This document shows, piece by piece, positions 28,696-41,499 of a stretch of DNA of 64,000 nucleotides. This stretch comes from Epiperipatus broadwayi (lineage: Eukaryota > Animalia > Onychophora). Positions within the stretch are counted from its first letter, which is position 1, and each line of letters opens with the position of its first letter. The DNA is taken from positions 28,892,001 to 28,956,000 of the forward strand of contig JAQFVV010000002.1 of the NCBI GenBank assembly GCA_028023455.1, given 5' to 3'. A model generated the notes under the pieces. That model had not been told where the DNA came from and did no database searches. It saw nothing but the letters and a program-made list of their open reading frames with translations. The translations under genes were made by a program, and so were the position numbers.

Positions 28696-29428
28696 ATGAA
28701 AAACAAAAAAACAAGTTAAAAACTTGCTAACACTTGTATTTATGTCAACAGATGGCGTTCTACCAAAAACACCATCAAGCGTATGTTTACATAAACGTCA
28801 GAGCATGCATTCACTATCTCTAACTTTAATTCCACTTTCAGATCATGATTTCAAGCTATTTGCTATCATCAGTGAAAGACAGGAATTTTAGAAACTAGAT
28901 CTAAACACAAACTCTGAGCGTTTATAAAATAGTTTCTATTCAGCTTGCAAGTGTGAATCTTTTAGACACATAATGTCTTCAAACTCAGCATAGCAAGCCA
29001 GATAGCTATATGGGTCTGATCTCAGTTCAGCATCACCACATAGTAGAAGCCTCTGCAATATATATCATTGCTAGAAAGACCTCAAAGGTACATTTATGAA
29101 AAACAAAAAACAAGTTAAAAACTTGCTAACGCTTGTATTTATGTCAACAGATGGCATTCTATCAAAAACACCATCAAGCATTTTTTACATAAACATCAGA
29201 GCATGCATTCACTATCTCTAACTTTAATTCCACTTTCAGATCATGATTTCAAGATATTTGCTATCGTCAGTGAAAGACAGGAAAATCCTGTCTTTCACTG
29301 ACGATAGCAAATAGCTTGAAATCATGATCTGAAAGTGGAATTAAAGTTAGAGATAGTGAATGCATGCTCTGACGTTTATGTAAACAAACGCTTGACAGTG
29401 TTTTTGGTAGAACACCATCTGTTGACAT
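28696..29428. mobile_element. Young composite repeat: two direct copies of a ~190-bp unit plus one inverted copy
   Basis: A at ~28696-28886 and A at ~29096-29281; reverse complement at 29287-29428. Confidence 0.88.
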
Positions 29429-30514
29429 ATATATATATATTTAGTAGATCATTTAATATCATTTTGTATATATTGTACTTTGAATTATTTGTTTCTCTAG
29501 TGTAAATAAGAATTAACTGAGGACAGATTTCCAGAATGAAATCTGAAATAGAGAAATTTATTGTATTAACCATAAAAATGATAGTTGACCATTCTTGTTA
29601 AATTAATAATTTTTTTTGTAAATATTTATTATTATGTGTTTAGATTATTAATAAATGTATTGAGTTGTTTAAACCAATCTGATCTCAGTTTGATCATCGC
29701 CATCATCATTATGCATTCATACTATTAAAAGTTTCATCATCACTATCATTAAGGATTTACACCATTAAAAGTTTGATGATGATCATCATCATCATTATGT
29801 ATTCTGCTGCTAAATGATTGATCATCATCAATATTTTTTATCTATGCTTATATATAGGCATATTTGGTTAATAATTAAGTAGATCCAGCCCTGAAGAGAG
29901 CTGACTGCAAGAACTACCTGAGTTTGAATTCTGTGGTGTAATGGGGTCCCAAAAGGGAGATATAATGAATAGCATTAGTCTAAGTTACATTAAGATGTTG
30001 TAAGTAAATTATAAGTTAATGTACTAAAAGTAGATGTGATTTGGAACTCTGCATTTCATTATGTCATCTTTTGCATCCTATTCGAAGGCCTAGGTCTGAC
30101 AGTAATGAGATGTGCTCCCTTTGTTATATGCCATTTCTGATTCTGTAATATCTGGTGCACCCAAATAGGATGTTGAATCATGGATTTAGGTTGGTTAACA
30201 CATTGTATTTAAGTCATCCAACTACTGAGTTGTATTCACGTCATCTTATGGTATACCCCGCAGTTTCGTTATAATATATGTATGTGTGGGTGTGTACAGC
30301 TTCATTATTCACTGATGTACCAACATCCTGTCTACAAGACAGCATAGGGTTTTGCCAGTTTTCAATGGCACTTTGTATATAAATAATCTAATACTGTAGC
30401 ATTTCCCAGGGGGGAAAGGAATAAATAAATTTACTTTGTGTTTACAAAAAATAACAATACATAGAATACATAATTGCAATACAACATGTTGAAAGATATA
30501 ACTTGTCTGACTGT

Positions 30515-30821
30515 AATAAGAGTGCCAAACTCTCCACATACTAGTGCCACCAAGTGCAAGCTTTTGTAATCAATGAATGCAGGAAGGCTTGTACATAAAA
30601 TCTCTATCTAGTGCCTACTCATCCAACATCCCCAGATTAGGGTCTAGCTTATGCCTTTCCTCAGTGAGGAGCCTTAGATTAGAGAGTACTGCATGTAGAT
30701 CGTAGGATGTTGGATGAGTAAGCACTAGATAGGGATGTTATGCACAACCATTCTGGCACCCATTGATTATGAAAGCTTGCACTTGATGGCACTACTGTAT
30801 GGAGAGTTTGACACTCTTATT
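30515..30821. repeat. Family-U hairpin in unit 2
   Basis: aataagagtgccaaactctcca...catccaacatcc / ggatgttggatg...tggagagtttgacactcttatt. Confidence 0.9.
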
Positions 30822-30949
30822 AACAGTATGTGGAAGATGATGAAATGGTGATCATGGTATATCTGATTGATTGAATAATGTACAATTGAAAATTTTTAAT
30901 ATACACATTAAATTATGCAATCTAATGAAGTGTTGGAGTCATCAGGTGA

Positions 30950-32250
30950 GATCAGTTGCAATTAAATTTGCCAATATTTATTTACACTTCTCAGTGTACA
31001 TAACAAGTGGTGTCAGTACTGTTTAATTGAATGTTTGGAAGCATATTTCGGTAGGATGAGAAATGTATACTATTGGCATGTGTTTATGATGGCAATGAAA
31101 TATTTCTTTTACATCTTATTTCATTCTGTAAAATAAAATAAAATAAAATTGATTACAAAAAAATATTGGTTTTCTTATTTCCATATGCCGCATGTTCACT
31201 TAAAACTATCAATGGCCACCACTGATGGACAGACATAGTTAATATAATAAACAGGATTAATCTTAACATCCAAAGATCATTATGAAAAATTTGGAATAAT
31301 TATAAGAACAGGAACTAGTTATATTTGACATATATAGAGCAGAAACGGAAGAAAATGATGCTGAGAATTTCTGAATAATTTTTACATGGTTGCAGAGCCA
31401 GTGCATAAGAAAGAGAGAGATTTGGTACCATGTTTTCGTGTGGAAACTCTTTTACATATAACTCTTTTAGATATCATAAGAAACAGATATGTCATCTGTC
31501 CAATAATTTTTACTAATATGAGCTAATGTAAAATGGACTATATGACTCGTAACTAAAATCTAATCAATTAAATGATATTGTTTTGAACATGGCAGTATTC
31601 ATGTTTTTTATATCAACATTTCTGCTCAAGCAAAGTCTTTGTAATAATCATTCCATGTGTTGTGCAAAAAATCAATAACAATAGCTCACATGAATTTACA
31701 ATATCAAAACCTTTATTTCCAACAAATGTTAGCAAATGGCTCCAATTTGTATCAATATTTGCATTAAACTCTCCACGAAAGAAGATTTAATATTTTAAAG
31801 ATATTACTATAATCATGCTGTCTAGGAAGGACTTTGTTTATTCTGAGATCTGTGTGCAAAGTTGAATCAGATGCCCAAATAAAAATTCAATATTGGTACC
31901 ATTGTGCAATTACCCTCTGGCTGACACAGTGAGGAATATCAAAAATAAAAGATACCAAAGTAGATTTTGCAGCAAACTTAACACCATTCATTGTCCTTTT
32001 ATCGATTTACTTTTTCAACACACCTTTTACCAGTTAACCTTTTCTACTAAACATCCTTCACAAAAGTAGTTACTGTACTATTCTTTTTCTAATACCTCTG
32101 TCCCTTGTTAAACCCTACTGACTACTGATAATATTATTATTTGACTTATTTAATTAGAACCCCCCTTATCACATTAGCATAACATGCCTGGGTGAACAGA
32201 CCATTTTTAGATGAAATTTTTTATATCTTCTTCACTCCTATGGTAGGTAA
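30950..32250 (-). pseudogene. Decayed RTE-type LINE endonuclease in unit 2
   Basis: RTMNGVKFAAKSTLV; LLRGEFNANID; LLLIFCTTHGMIITKTL; YHLID*ILV; YWTDD resemble the RTE APE motifs GVGFAIK, LGDFNA, FCxxHxLxITNT, HLIDY, WTDH. Confidence 0.7.
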
Positions 32251-32734
32251 GGGATTTCTAAATAGGATTGCCTAAATTACCAGCCAAAATTTCTATTTCA
32301 AATAGTTACAAATTAACTCATTAATGATTGACCTGCCTAAAATAGAGATCGCAACTAAGGACTATCACTTTAATCAGATTGTCTCTTTCACAGCTAGCAG
32401 AACTTAAAAAATAACTGAAAAACGTATCATGTATCAGGAATGTTGAATAAGTAGTTAAATATAAAAATGTAGCTGAAACACACAATCTAAATGAGATTAC
32501 CAATGCCATGAAAGACTCATAATGATATGATAAATAAAATACCAGTCTCATGGGAAGTATTATCTTATCCTATAATTCAGCAGAAAATCCTCTTTCTCAG
32601 CATTATCGTTTTATACACAAGATGATTTTGCAGTACCCCCCCCCCCACTGCCTACAAAGGTTAAAAAATAAAATCCATTTGTATTCTTAAATAACAAACC
32701 TATTACTAATTTATATGAATTCATACAACTTCAA

Positions 32735-33290
32735 GAAACCCAGACGTTCAAGCACCCACCAACTATCCACACTATCTCATACAAGTGATACACATGACCA
32801 TATGCATGTAGACTAAGATAAATAATCACCAATATCTGTATTTCATGCTAAACCAGCACTCATCACTTGGTCCAGATTATCATCTCCCCCACACATATAT
32901 ATAATCAGTGCTCAGTTTATATTTAGATACCAAATCTTCATACTTTAATGGACAGGCTTCAATATACTCCAACTTTTCAGCTATCCACATCATTGAAAAT
33001 CTGATGATGGAAAGCCAAATCCCATGCTGATGCCAACCTTATTGCCAAGCCCATTAAAGTGTGAAGATTTGCTATCTTAATATAAAGTGAGCACTGATTA
33101 TATATGTGTGGGAGATGATAATCTGGACCATATTGGCGATTATTTATCTTTTCTACATGGGTGTGGTCGTGTGTAAAGTTGTATGAGATAGTGTGGATAG
33201 TTGGTAGGGATTGAAAGTCTGGGTTCAAATCCCCTATATTTACAATTAAAACTCCAGGTTTGTGAAGAGAACCTGGTTTTCAAATATTTA
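32735..33290. mobile_element. MITE-like insertion with ~200-bp inverted arms, unique to unit 2
   Basis: aacccagac...ccaactatccacactatctcatacaa is mirrored by ttgtatgagatagtgtggatagttgg...gtctgggtt (33225). Absent from units 1, 3 and 4. Confidence 0.85.
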
Positions 33291-34683
33291 CTTAATTTCT
33301 AAATAGTAGGATTTCACTAGCATTATATTACATTAGAAAACATATGCATCGAAACTTCTGGACCACCTACCAAGCTGATCAAATACATTGATCAAGTGCA
33401 AATAAAACAACTGCATAAAGAAATAATTGTTCTATATTTATAACACTTTTAAAGTTCCCGTTTATGTCCCGAAAGTATATTACACAATAATTATGCAATT
33501 CTAGAATGAATTAAAGGATCTTTAAGATATTTGTTTACAATTGTAAGTTTAAAAATTTATTGTATAAAACAAATACTAGTCTTTTAAGAGGTTTTTTACA
33601 TTTATTAAAAACGTGGAAAATTTTATCTACCTTCCAAAAACATTTAAAAAAAGAAAAACGGGGGCAACACCGATCAAAAATTCCAAGCCTTGTTAATTAC
33701 AGTATATTTTCTAAAACGGTCTTATTAAAGTTACTTTGTGGCGTGCCTAAAGAAACAGATAATAAAGAAGGGGAGAGATCTAGATTATAGGTTTGAGATT
33801 ATTCAGTAATCAATTCGCCAATAATTTGATATAGAATTTGAATTTTAAAACATTAAAAAATATCTATTCTTCTTTATATAAATAGATATACTGAAGTAGA
33901 ATAAAAAATGCAAAATTGAATGCGTAAATATTATTTTCGAAATGTATAATTTTTATTAAGCATAATTCTGTTTGCAGCAAATATTTTTTTAGAAAGATTT
34001 ATTTATATGTAAAATAATTAAACGCCCAAGGGTTTCTATAAATTAAAAATTGGAATGGGCTAATTGTTTTATTAACATTCAATTTCACTTAGATTGTTAT
34101 ACACATTAATACTAATATTTTAAATTATTCTTCTCATTAGTATAACAAAATTGTACTTGCTCAAGCTACAAAAGGGCTACGAAAGAAGAATAAACAGTGA
34201 ATAGCAAACACTACACAGGCAAAACTATCTTCTAAAGCTAGATACAGATTTCAGTACAAAACAATTTTTAGTCTCTCTAATTTCCTTCTTCACTCATATA
34301 AATTAGTGTAGACCTGGTTATCACAGGCATCTCACAGCATTGATCATTTCTCTATACTAATTGTGGTAGTGAGATTAAGTGTATGTGTAATGGCATTTCC
34401 ATAATTTAACTACACACACTTTTTCAAACTTCAGATATTTACATCCTCTCTAAAGTCAGAATGAAATCACGAAGATATCGCTATTTTTTTTATTTTTCTT
34501 GTAACCCGATCAGGAGGTGGATTAACATTTATGTCAGCTTCTTTTGCTTTAGTCACTTCTGCTACACCTTTTTCTTTTTCCTGGGTCATCTAGAGATCTT
34601 GTTTAGGGTCCACAACTTAATCTTCCACATCACAATCAGTTTCAGTAAATAAAAATGGTATTAAATCTTCATGCCCGTCTTTT

Positions 34684-34778
34684 TATATATATATGTCAAA
34701 GCGTAGACCGGGAAGCGAACCCGGGTCCAGCCGGCTTGGAAGGCAGCTACGCTAACTGCTAGGCCACCAACGCTTGAT
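34684..34778 (-). mobile_element. tRNA-Gly(TCC)-derived SINE / tRNA pseudogene with (TA)n tail
   Basis: Minus strand GCGTTGGTGGCCTAGCAGTTAGCGTAGCTGCCTTCCAAGC...ACCCGGGTTCGCTTCCCGG (34701-34773). TSD gtctttt at 34677-34683 and 34779-34785. Acceptor and anticodon stems are broken. Confidence 0.88.
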
Positions 34779-35424
34779 GTCTTTTGCAATTGATTAATGT
34801 GATTTCGTATTAGTTTGCCTCACATCTATTTTCTGCAAAAGCTGATGCCTTTATTTGCTGATCCAATACTTTTCTATATTTACTGATGAAATAATTTATT
34901 TAACTATAATCTTTTTCAATAATTTTTAAATTACGTACATTTAAATTTCCTTTATAATTTACTATTTATTTTAATATTATATACACACATTTATTATTAA
35001 TAACCTATTTTAATACCCATTCACTGTGAATGGCTTTACGGTCTGTGGTTCAATAAACAGTGAATGGTGAAGCACACACACGCGCACACACACACACATA
35101 TATATATAGCTTCACTATTAACTGATGTACCAACATCCTGTCCTACAAGACAGCATAGGCCGTTGTCAGTATTCAATATGAGTTTGTATATGAATAATCT
35201 AATACTGCAGCATTCCCCAGGGAGAAAGGGAATAAATAAATTTACTTTGTGTTTACAAATAATAACAATACTTAAATATTATATAACTGCAATACAATAT
35301 CTTGAAAGATATAACTTATATCTGACTGTAATAAAAGTAATGTGATGTGATAAACGAAGTCAAGATTCTCTCAGCAATTATTCCAAGAGAAACTTGTTAG
35401 CTACTTAATTTTATATTCACCAGT

Positions 35425-38400
35425 CTAAGCTTTCCCATATTCTGCTCCATCCCGTTTCCACAACATAATCTTTGCCAACTCTACAGCCTTTATATCTAAA
35501 TCCCCTTTATCTTTTTCCAGCATAAAAACCAATCTACTTTCTGTATAATCACTTTTTTCATATTTATTTTTCCATAACTTCGTTATATGTGCCCCTTTTG
35601 TTTTCAAGTACTTACATTCAATTAACAGATGCCTAATATTTTCTATTCCTTCCTTACATAATTTACAGACTAAATCACCCATATTTTTCCATTTACATGT
35701 ATATTCTCTTGTTGCTAAAGATCCTGTTCGAGCCTTAAACAATAAACTACTTTCCTTATTATTATCATACATTAACTCGCACCTAATATTCTGTTTATTT
35801 CTATATATATTTAAACTCTTTTTACTCCCCATACTAGTTCTCCATCTCTCTAACTCCCTATTCTTTATTAAGTAATAATTTACTAAGGCTATAACCTTAG
35901 AAATAAGTGTCTGAAAAATACGAAGGTAGGGACCTCTATAGGTCTTAAAACACAAGCTTACGCTATGAATTAATAAATCTATTCTTTTATCCCATTCCTT
36001 ACCATTATAACACTCAACAATTCTCCTAACACAATCATCCCATCTTTTTTACAAATATACTGATATAAATTCTTTATCCAAATCTTTTGCATACCATATT
36101 ACCTTTCTCATCCATCTTGTTGCCTGCCCTTTACTCATAACCCAATTAAATACTATTTTGGCTATTCTTTTATTATCCATAAACTGCAATCTACCAAACA
36201 TTTTCATTTTACTTTTTGCAGCTCTCATATGAAAACTTACCATCCCATTTCTCCTTTAATTGCCTCTTTTGCTGTCCATACATCTGCATCCAATGCATGT
36301 CTTCCTACATCCCTTTGAACTTTTTCTAAGTAATTTAATACCCTATTAATTTCTTTATCAATCCTGTTCTTCTCTTTGCTTCATTTATCAATTTTTTCTG
36401 CCATTCATCCAAATAATTTTTCTGATTACTTAAAATAATTCCCAAATAACTATATCTATTCACCACACTTAACTTAATATCTCCCAATAAAAATACTACA
36501 TCTTCTCTTTCCCCAGTATTAACCATCATTATATTTGTTTTTCTTCACTAAATTTAATCCCCATCTTTTTACCCATCCTTGCATATGTCCTCAACATAAC
36601 TTCCATATCTTTTCTTCTTTCTGCACACAAAATATGTCATCCAAAAAAAAAAAGACCTGACAAAATATATACTCCCTTACTACCTATTAATGGTATCTCT
36701 ATCCCTCTTCCTAATCTTTCTATTGCTTTTCCATTTCACTCAAATACAACACAAACAAAATAGGGTGACATAGGGCATCCTTGCCTTAGTCCCACCCCAT
36801 TTTTAACTTTAACTGATTCTATATTCCCTAATTGATTTATATAATAATTATTTTCATATAATTTCTTAATAATATCCACTAAAGCTCCATCCATTCCCAA
36901 CTTTACTAAACTTATCCATAATCTATTTCTATTTACTCTATCATATGCCTTCTCTATATCTATAAAACTCATATATAACTGTTTACCTGAATTCCTACTC
37001 ATATCCATAGGTTGTGTAACTACAAATAAATTATCTCCTATATGCCTATCTAATCTAAAACCTCCTTGCATTCCCCCCACTACATTATTCCTTTCCATCC
37101 ATTTTACAACTCTTCTAGCCACCATATATGAGAAAACTTTATATAAAACTGATGTTACTGCTATCGGTCTATAATTATTTAACTTTCTATGATCCTTACC
37201 CTTATGTTTAAATAATAATCTGACTCTTGTATTACTCCAACTACTTGGGAAAACTCTATTCTGTGCCATTTTATTAAAACAGGGTAATAACTTTACTTTT
37301 ACCCTATATCCTAAATTCATTACCATTTCTGCTGCCCATCCATCTAAACCTCTTGTCTTTCCACTTTTCAATTTCTTCTCTACTTCATTCAGTTCATTTT
37401 CTGAAAACCTAATATACCCATTGCTATATGCTTTCATGTTTTCTATCACTCTATCCTTCACACCTAACATCTTTTCTATATTCATTACATATCTATTTAA
37501 GATTCTCTCTAAATTTTCTCTAGAGCTACACTTTATTCCATCATCATCTAGTAATACTATCTCTCTCTCACCTACATTTCACCTTTTAATATAATTCCAT
37601 TTTTTTTACCCCCATCTCTTCCACTTTTATGAATATCCTCCAACAATTTACTATTCAATTTCATTCTCTCTATATAATTATCTATTTTAGCCAATTTCTT
37701 CTTTTCTAAGTACTTTTCCCATTTAGCATTAATATCTTTTTCACTTTCCTTGTTCTTAATAGTACACATATTCTCTGCATGCTTCTTTCCTCTCTTTTAC
37801 ACTTTTACTAATTCTCATTTTTTATTACTTTTATTCTTCTGAATATTCTCACCTAAAACCCTATTTACCATTTTTTTTTACTTCTTTGCACCAATCCTTA
37901 TACTAATCCCCAACCCACTCTACCATGATTTTTTCAACTTGTCTTTTATACTCTTCCAACTTATTCTTATCATTCACTCTCCATCCACATCTTTCACTAT
38001 TATTTCTACTTTTATTTCTATCCTCCATCACATTACTAACCATTTCTATTACAATAAAGTTATGATTAGTAGTGCATACTTTTTCTTCATCATCAAACAC
38101 CTTAATTTTCCATATTTTATTCATTCCCTCTTTCTCTACCAATACATAATCTAATGTATGAAATATATTATTTCTAGACCATGTATATTGTTCCTCATAA
38201 CTATTTAATAAATTTCCAATACTCAAATTCACTTTCTGACAAAATTCCTTCAAAAGCTGTCCATTTTTATTATCAACATCATCAATTTCTTCAATATGTC
38301 CATTCATATTCCCTATAACAATTATTCTCTTCCCCTTTTCTTTAAAACTTTGTATATCCTTAACTAGACATACATATATGTTACTATTCCATTCCATTAT

Positions 38401-38834
38401 AATTTGATTATCTCCAGTGGCTATATAAACTATAGCCACCATCCATTCTTGTCTACCCAACCTTAATTCAAACCACAAACGTTCTCGACATTTAACAATA
38501 TTTAAATATTTTTTTGATATAACACCTATACCACCTCCCCTTTTTTTTCTTTTCTATTTATACCCTGCCATACCAACTGTTCCAAAATAGGTTCTTCTTC
38601 TTCACTTAGATGTGTTTCCACTAGTGCTAATACCTCAAGATCTTCATTTTCAATTGTTTTATTTAATTTCATCCACTTTTCTGGTCTCCTACCACCTTGC
38701 ATATTCAAAAACCCAATTTTAACAATTTCTTCTTTTCTAACTACTCTTTTATAAATTCTTTTAATTCTTTCTTCTCCATTACATTTATAAATTACTTTCT
38801 TACCATTAATTTTACAAACCCATTCCTTCTCCAT
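35425..38834 (-). pseudogene. LINE ORF2 (endonuclease, reverse transcriptase), disrupted
   Basis: IGFLNMQGG..LALVETHL; IGNMNGH; TLDYVLV; GKTRGLDG; NYRPIAVTSVLYKVF; QGGFR; FIDIEKAYDRV; GLRQGCPMSP; YSYLGI; CKLCKEGIENIRHLLIEC. Split across several ORFs. Confidence 0.95.
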
Positions 38835-38977
38835 ATCTATATTTATATATAAATCAAATTCCTTTTGCTTATTTCTTATATTCCATCCATTCTTTTTCTT
38901 TTTAATAATATTATAATTTAAAATCCCACCCCCCCTTTACAAGTTTCCTGAAAAAAATTCTTTATAAATCAGACTCC

Positions 38978-39898
38978 CTAAAACTTCACTTCCTTGTTTT
39001 CCAAATGCCACCCATCTTTACTATATAACTCCCTCTTTCCAATAAAACAATCCCACACATCCACAAACATAACATTATTTCTCTCACACAATTTTTTCAA
39101 TCTCTCATTTATAGAACATGCCCTATCTAACAAATATCTCTTGTCAAATCTTGGTAATAATCCAACTACTCCTACTCTTCCTTTAATCATAGTCAAATTC
39201 CTAATCAATTCTACATACTCATCCATTATTCTTTCTGAAGATTCTGATAAATTATTAGTTCCCACCATAACATACACATCTCTACTACCTTGCTTTTTTA
39301 CTTTATCTGCTACATTCCTAATTCTAGCTCCAGGCAAACATACTCTTACATACCTCTTTCTATTTTCCCTTGCAATTATATCCCCACATTCTCTAATTAG
39401 TGAATCTCCTATCAATACTGTTTCATAATCTATTTTCTCTACTCCATCCATAAAATTTTCTAATACATTCTGGTTCTCCTTATCTATTTCTTCCTTATCA
39501 TTCCCACTCAATAATACCTTTATCTCCTTACATTTTATCTCTAATGATTTTAATTTTACTTCTACATCCTTCACTTCTTCCTCTATCTTATTTATTCTTT
39601 GGCTAATCATCTCCATTGCACTATTACTTTCTCTACCCTTACTTTCTAACACTCCACTAAAACCATACGCTAACCTATCTTCCACTGTCTTTTGACTATC
39701 TACACTTAGAAAACACTTCCTCACCTCTTTTATCACATTTACGCACTGACTACACAACCATAAACCTATTACATCCTTCCTAGTATTATTTAAACATTTT
39801 GAGTTATAAACCTCATCACATATAGTGCATTCTACCACAGCACTTCTAATTTCTTTTTTTCAATTATATAGACATTGTGGGATACAAATACAATCCAT
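38978..39898 (-). pseudogene. LINE ORF1: PHD finger, coiled coil, SGNH/GDSL esterase (one in-frame stop near the N-terminus)
   Basis: MDCICIPQCLYN*..ECTICDEVYNSKC..WLCSQC; VLIGDSLIR; LPGARI; MVGTNNL; GLLPRFD; KDGWHL. Confidence 0.9.
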
Positions 39899-40519
39899 AT
39901 TCTTTATTTTACATATTTTTCAAACATTATATTTTTCTTAAAAGTAAATCTCTTAATAAATTCACAAACAATCATCTTTTAAAATAATTTAAGAATATTT
40001 ATTAATTTAAAAATTCATTTAGAGACGCTATTTACATGTTTAAAATAATATGTTTGCGAAAGATCTATAAACCGAAATATAATTTGTATTACTTTCAAAG
40101 TTATTGGGAAAAAAAAAGTTTTACAAACAATCATCTTTTAAAATAATAGTTTTGAAAGAAGTACCGCCATAGGAAAAAAAAAACACCTTTTTTTTGTTTC
40201 CGATTTTTAGCAGCGTTGAAATAAAGGTTGTCATAACAATTACCTTTTTTTTAATTTAAAAAAAAAACCCACTTTTAGAGTAAATAACTATAAAACAAAG
40301 ATCGATTTTTAAAAAGTAATAATTTTAAAATACATCGATTTATTAATTGGTGAAATAGAATGTAACACTATAAAGTAGAAATGCATATTTACATAGTTGT
40401 GACTTCTAAATTTAATCACACCTATCTATTATAGGTCATCAACTTTTTAAGTAGTATGTACATAATCGCTAGCAAGCAGGCATTTACAGAGTGCAGTTTT
40501 CCATTGTAACATGGAGAAA

Positions 40520-40824
40520 CAGCGCCACATAGTGGGCTAGAATTTGGTAGTTAACTGGTAATAGATGATGTAAGCTATATGTGTTTATGTCAGTCAGCGC
40601 CACCTAAGTAGGTGGTAGCAGATGACGTAAGTTATATGGGCTTATGCATGCAACCAGCGCCACCATGCGGGCATCTTTGCTGCCAGCTAGCTTGTGGAAG
40701 GTTCCTGTGCATATGCATGGTGAACAGCACCACCTAGCGGCTGGATAAAGCATCGTCTGCTTTCGGGGGTACCTACCCCTGTATTTTCTGTGTGCTAACA
40801 CAGAAACAGCGCCTCTAATGGCCA
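40520..40824 (+). promoter_or_regulatory. Cluster of five CTCF-like motifs
   Basis: cagcgccacatagtgg (40520), cagcgccacctaagtagg (40595), cagcgccaccatgcgg (40655), cagcaccacctagcgg (40725), cagcgcctctaatggcca (40807), compared with the consensus TAGCGCCMCCTRGTGGC. Confidence 0.5.
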
Positions 40825-41089
40825 TTGTGCAGGTCAGGTTAGAATACCAATAACAATATATAAATAATAACACAAAACAAAAACAAAAAAATAATAACTT
40901 TTTTAAAAATTTCTATATATATAAATAACAAACTGAAAAAACTTTAAAACAAATAAAAAACACAATTTTCAATCTTTCAAATACTCTTAACCACTAATTA
41001 CACTTTCATACACAATAATAATTAATATTAATAAATATTAATGCTCTCAAACAAAATAAGTTTAAAGATAAAAACTTATCTCTATTCTT

Positions 41090-41382
41090 ATTCTCCACAC
41101 AGTAGTGCCACCAAGTGCAAGCTTTTGTAATCAATGAATGCAGGAAGGTTTGTGAATAAAATCTCTAACTAGTGTCTACTCATCCAACATCCCCAGATTA
41201 GTGTCTAGCTTATGCCTTTCTTCAGTGAGGATCCTTGGATTTGAGAGTAATGCGTGTAGATCTTAGGATGTTGGAAGCGTAAGAACTAGATAGGGATGTT
41301 ATGCACAATCATTACTGCATCCATTGATTATGAAAGCTTGCACTTGATGGCACTACTGGATAGAGAGTTTGATACTCTTATT
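41090..41382. repeat. Family-U hairpin in unit 3
   Basis: Same arms as in units 1, 2 and 4; the outer end of the left arm is cut by the insertion. Confidence 0.88.
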
Positions 41383-41499
41383 AATAACAGGTGTAAGCCA
41401 ATGAAATGGTGATCATGGTATATCTGATTGATTGAATAACGTATAATTGAAATTTTACAATATACACTTTAAATTATGCAATCTAATGAACTGTTGGAG

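Larger units (their letters stand above)
30298..35075. repeat. Tandem unit 2 (~4.8 kb)
   Basis: Collinear with units 1, 3 and 4. Confidence 0.92.
35340..40330 (-). mobile_element. Near full-length APE-type non-LTR retrotransposon (CR1/L2/RTEX-like; clade not resolved)
   Basis: ORF1 (PHD, coiled coil, SGNH esterase) and ORF2 (APE, RT, CCHC-like end); short atcac repeat at the 3' end. The 5' boundary is uncertain and may extend to 41088. Confidence 0.92.

Noticed and set aside
34701-34773. Functional tRNA-Gly(TCC) gene
   Set aside because: Acceptor and anticodon stems are mispaired, and the TSD, tail and related copies indicate a SINE.
37939-39428. Plus-strand ORFs 37939-38154 and 38994-39428
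   Set aside because: Antisense shadows of the LINE ORFs; no independent evidence.
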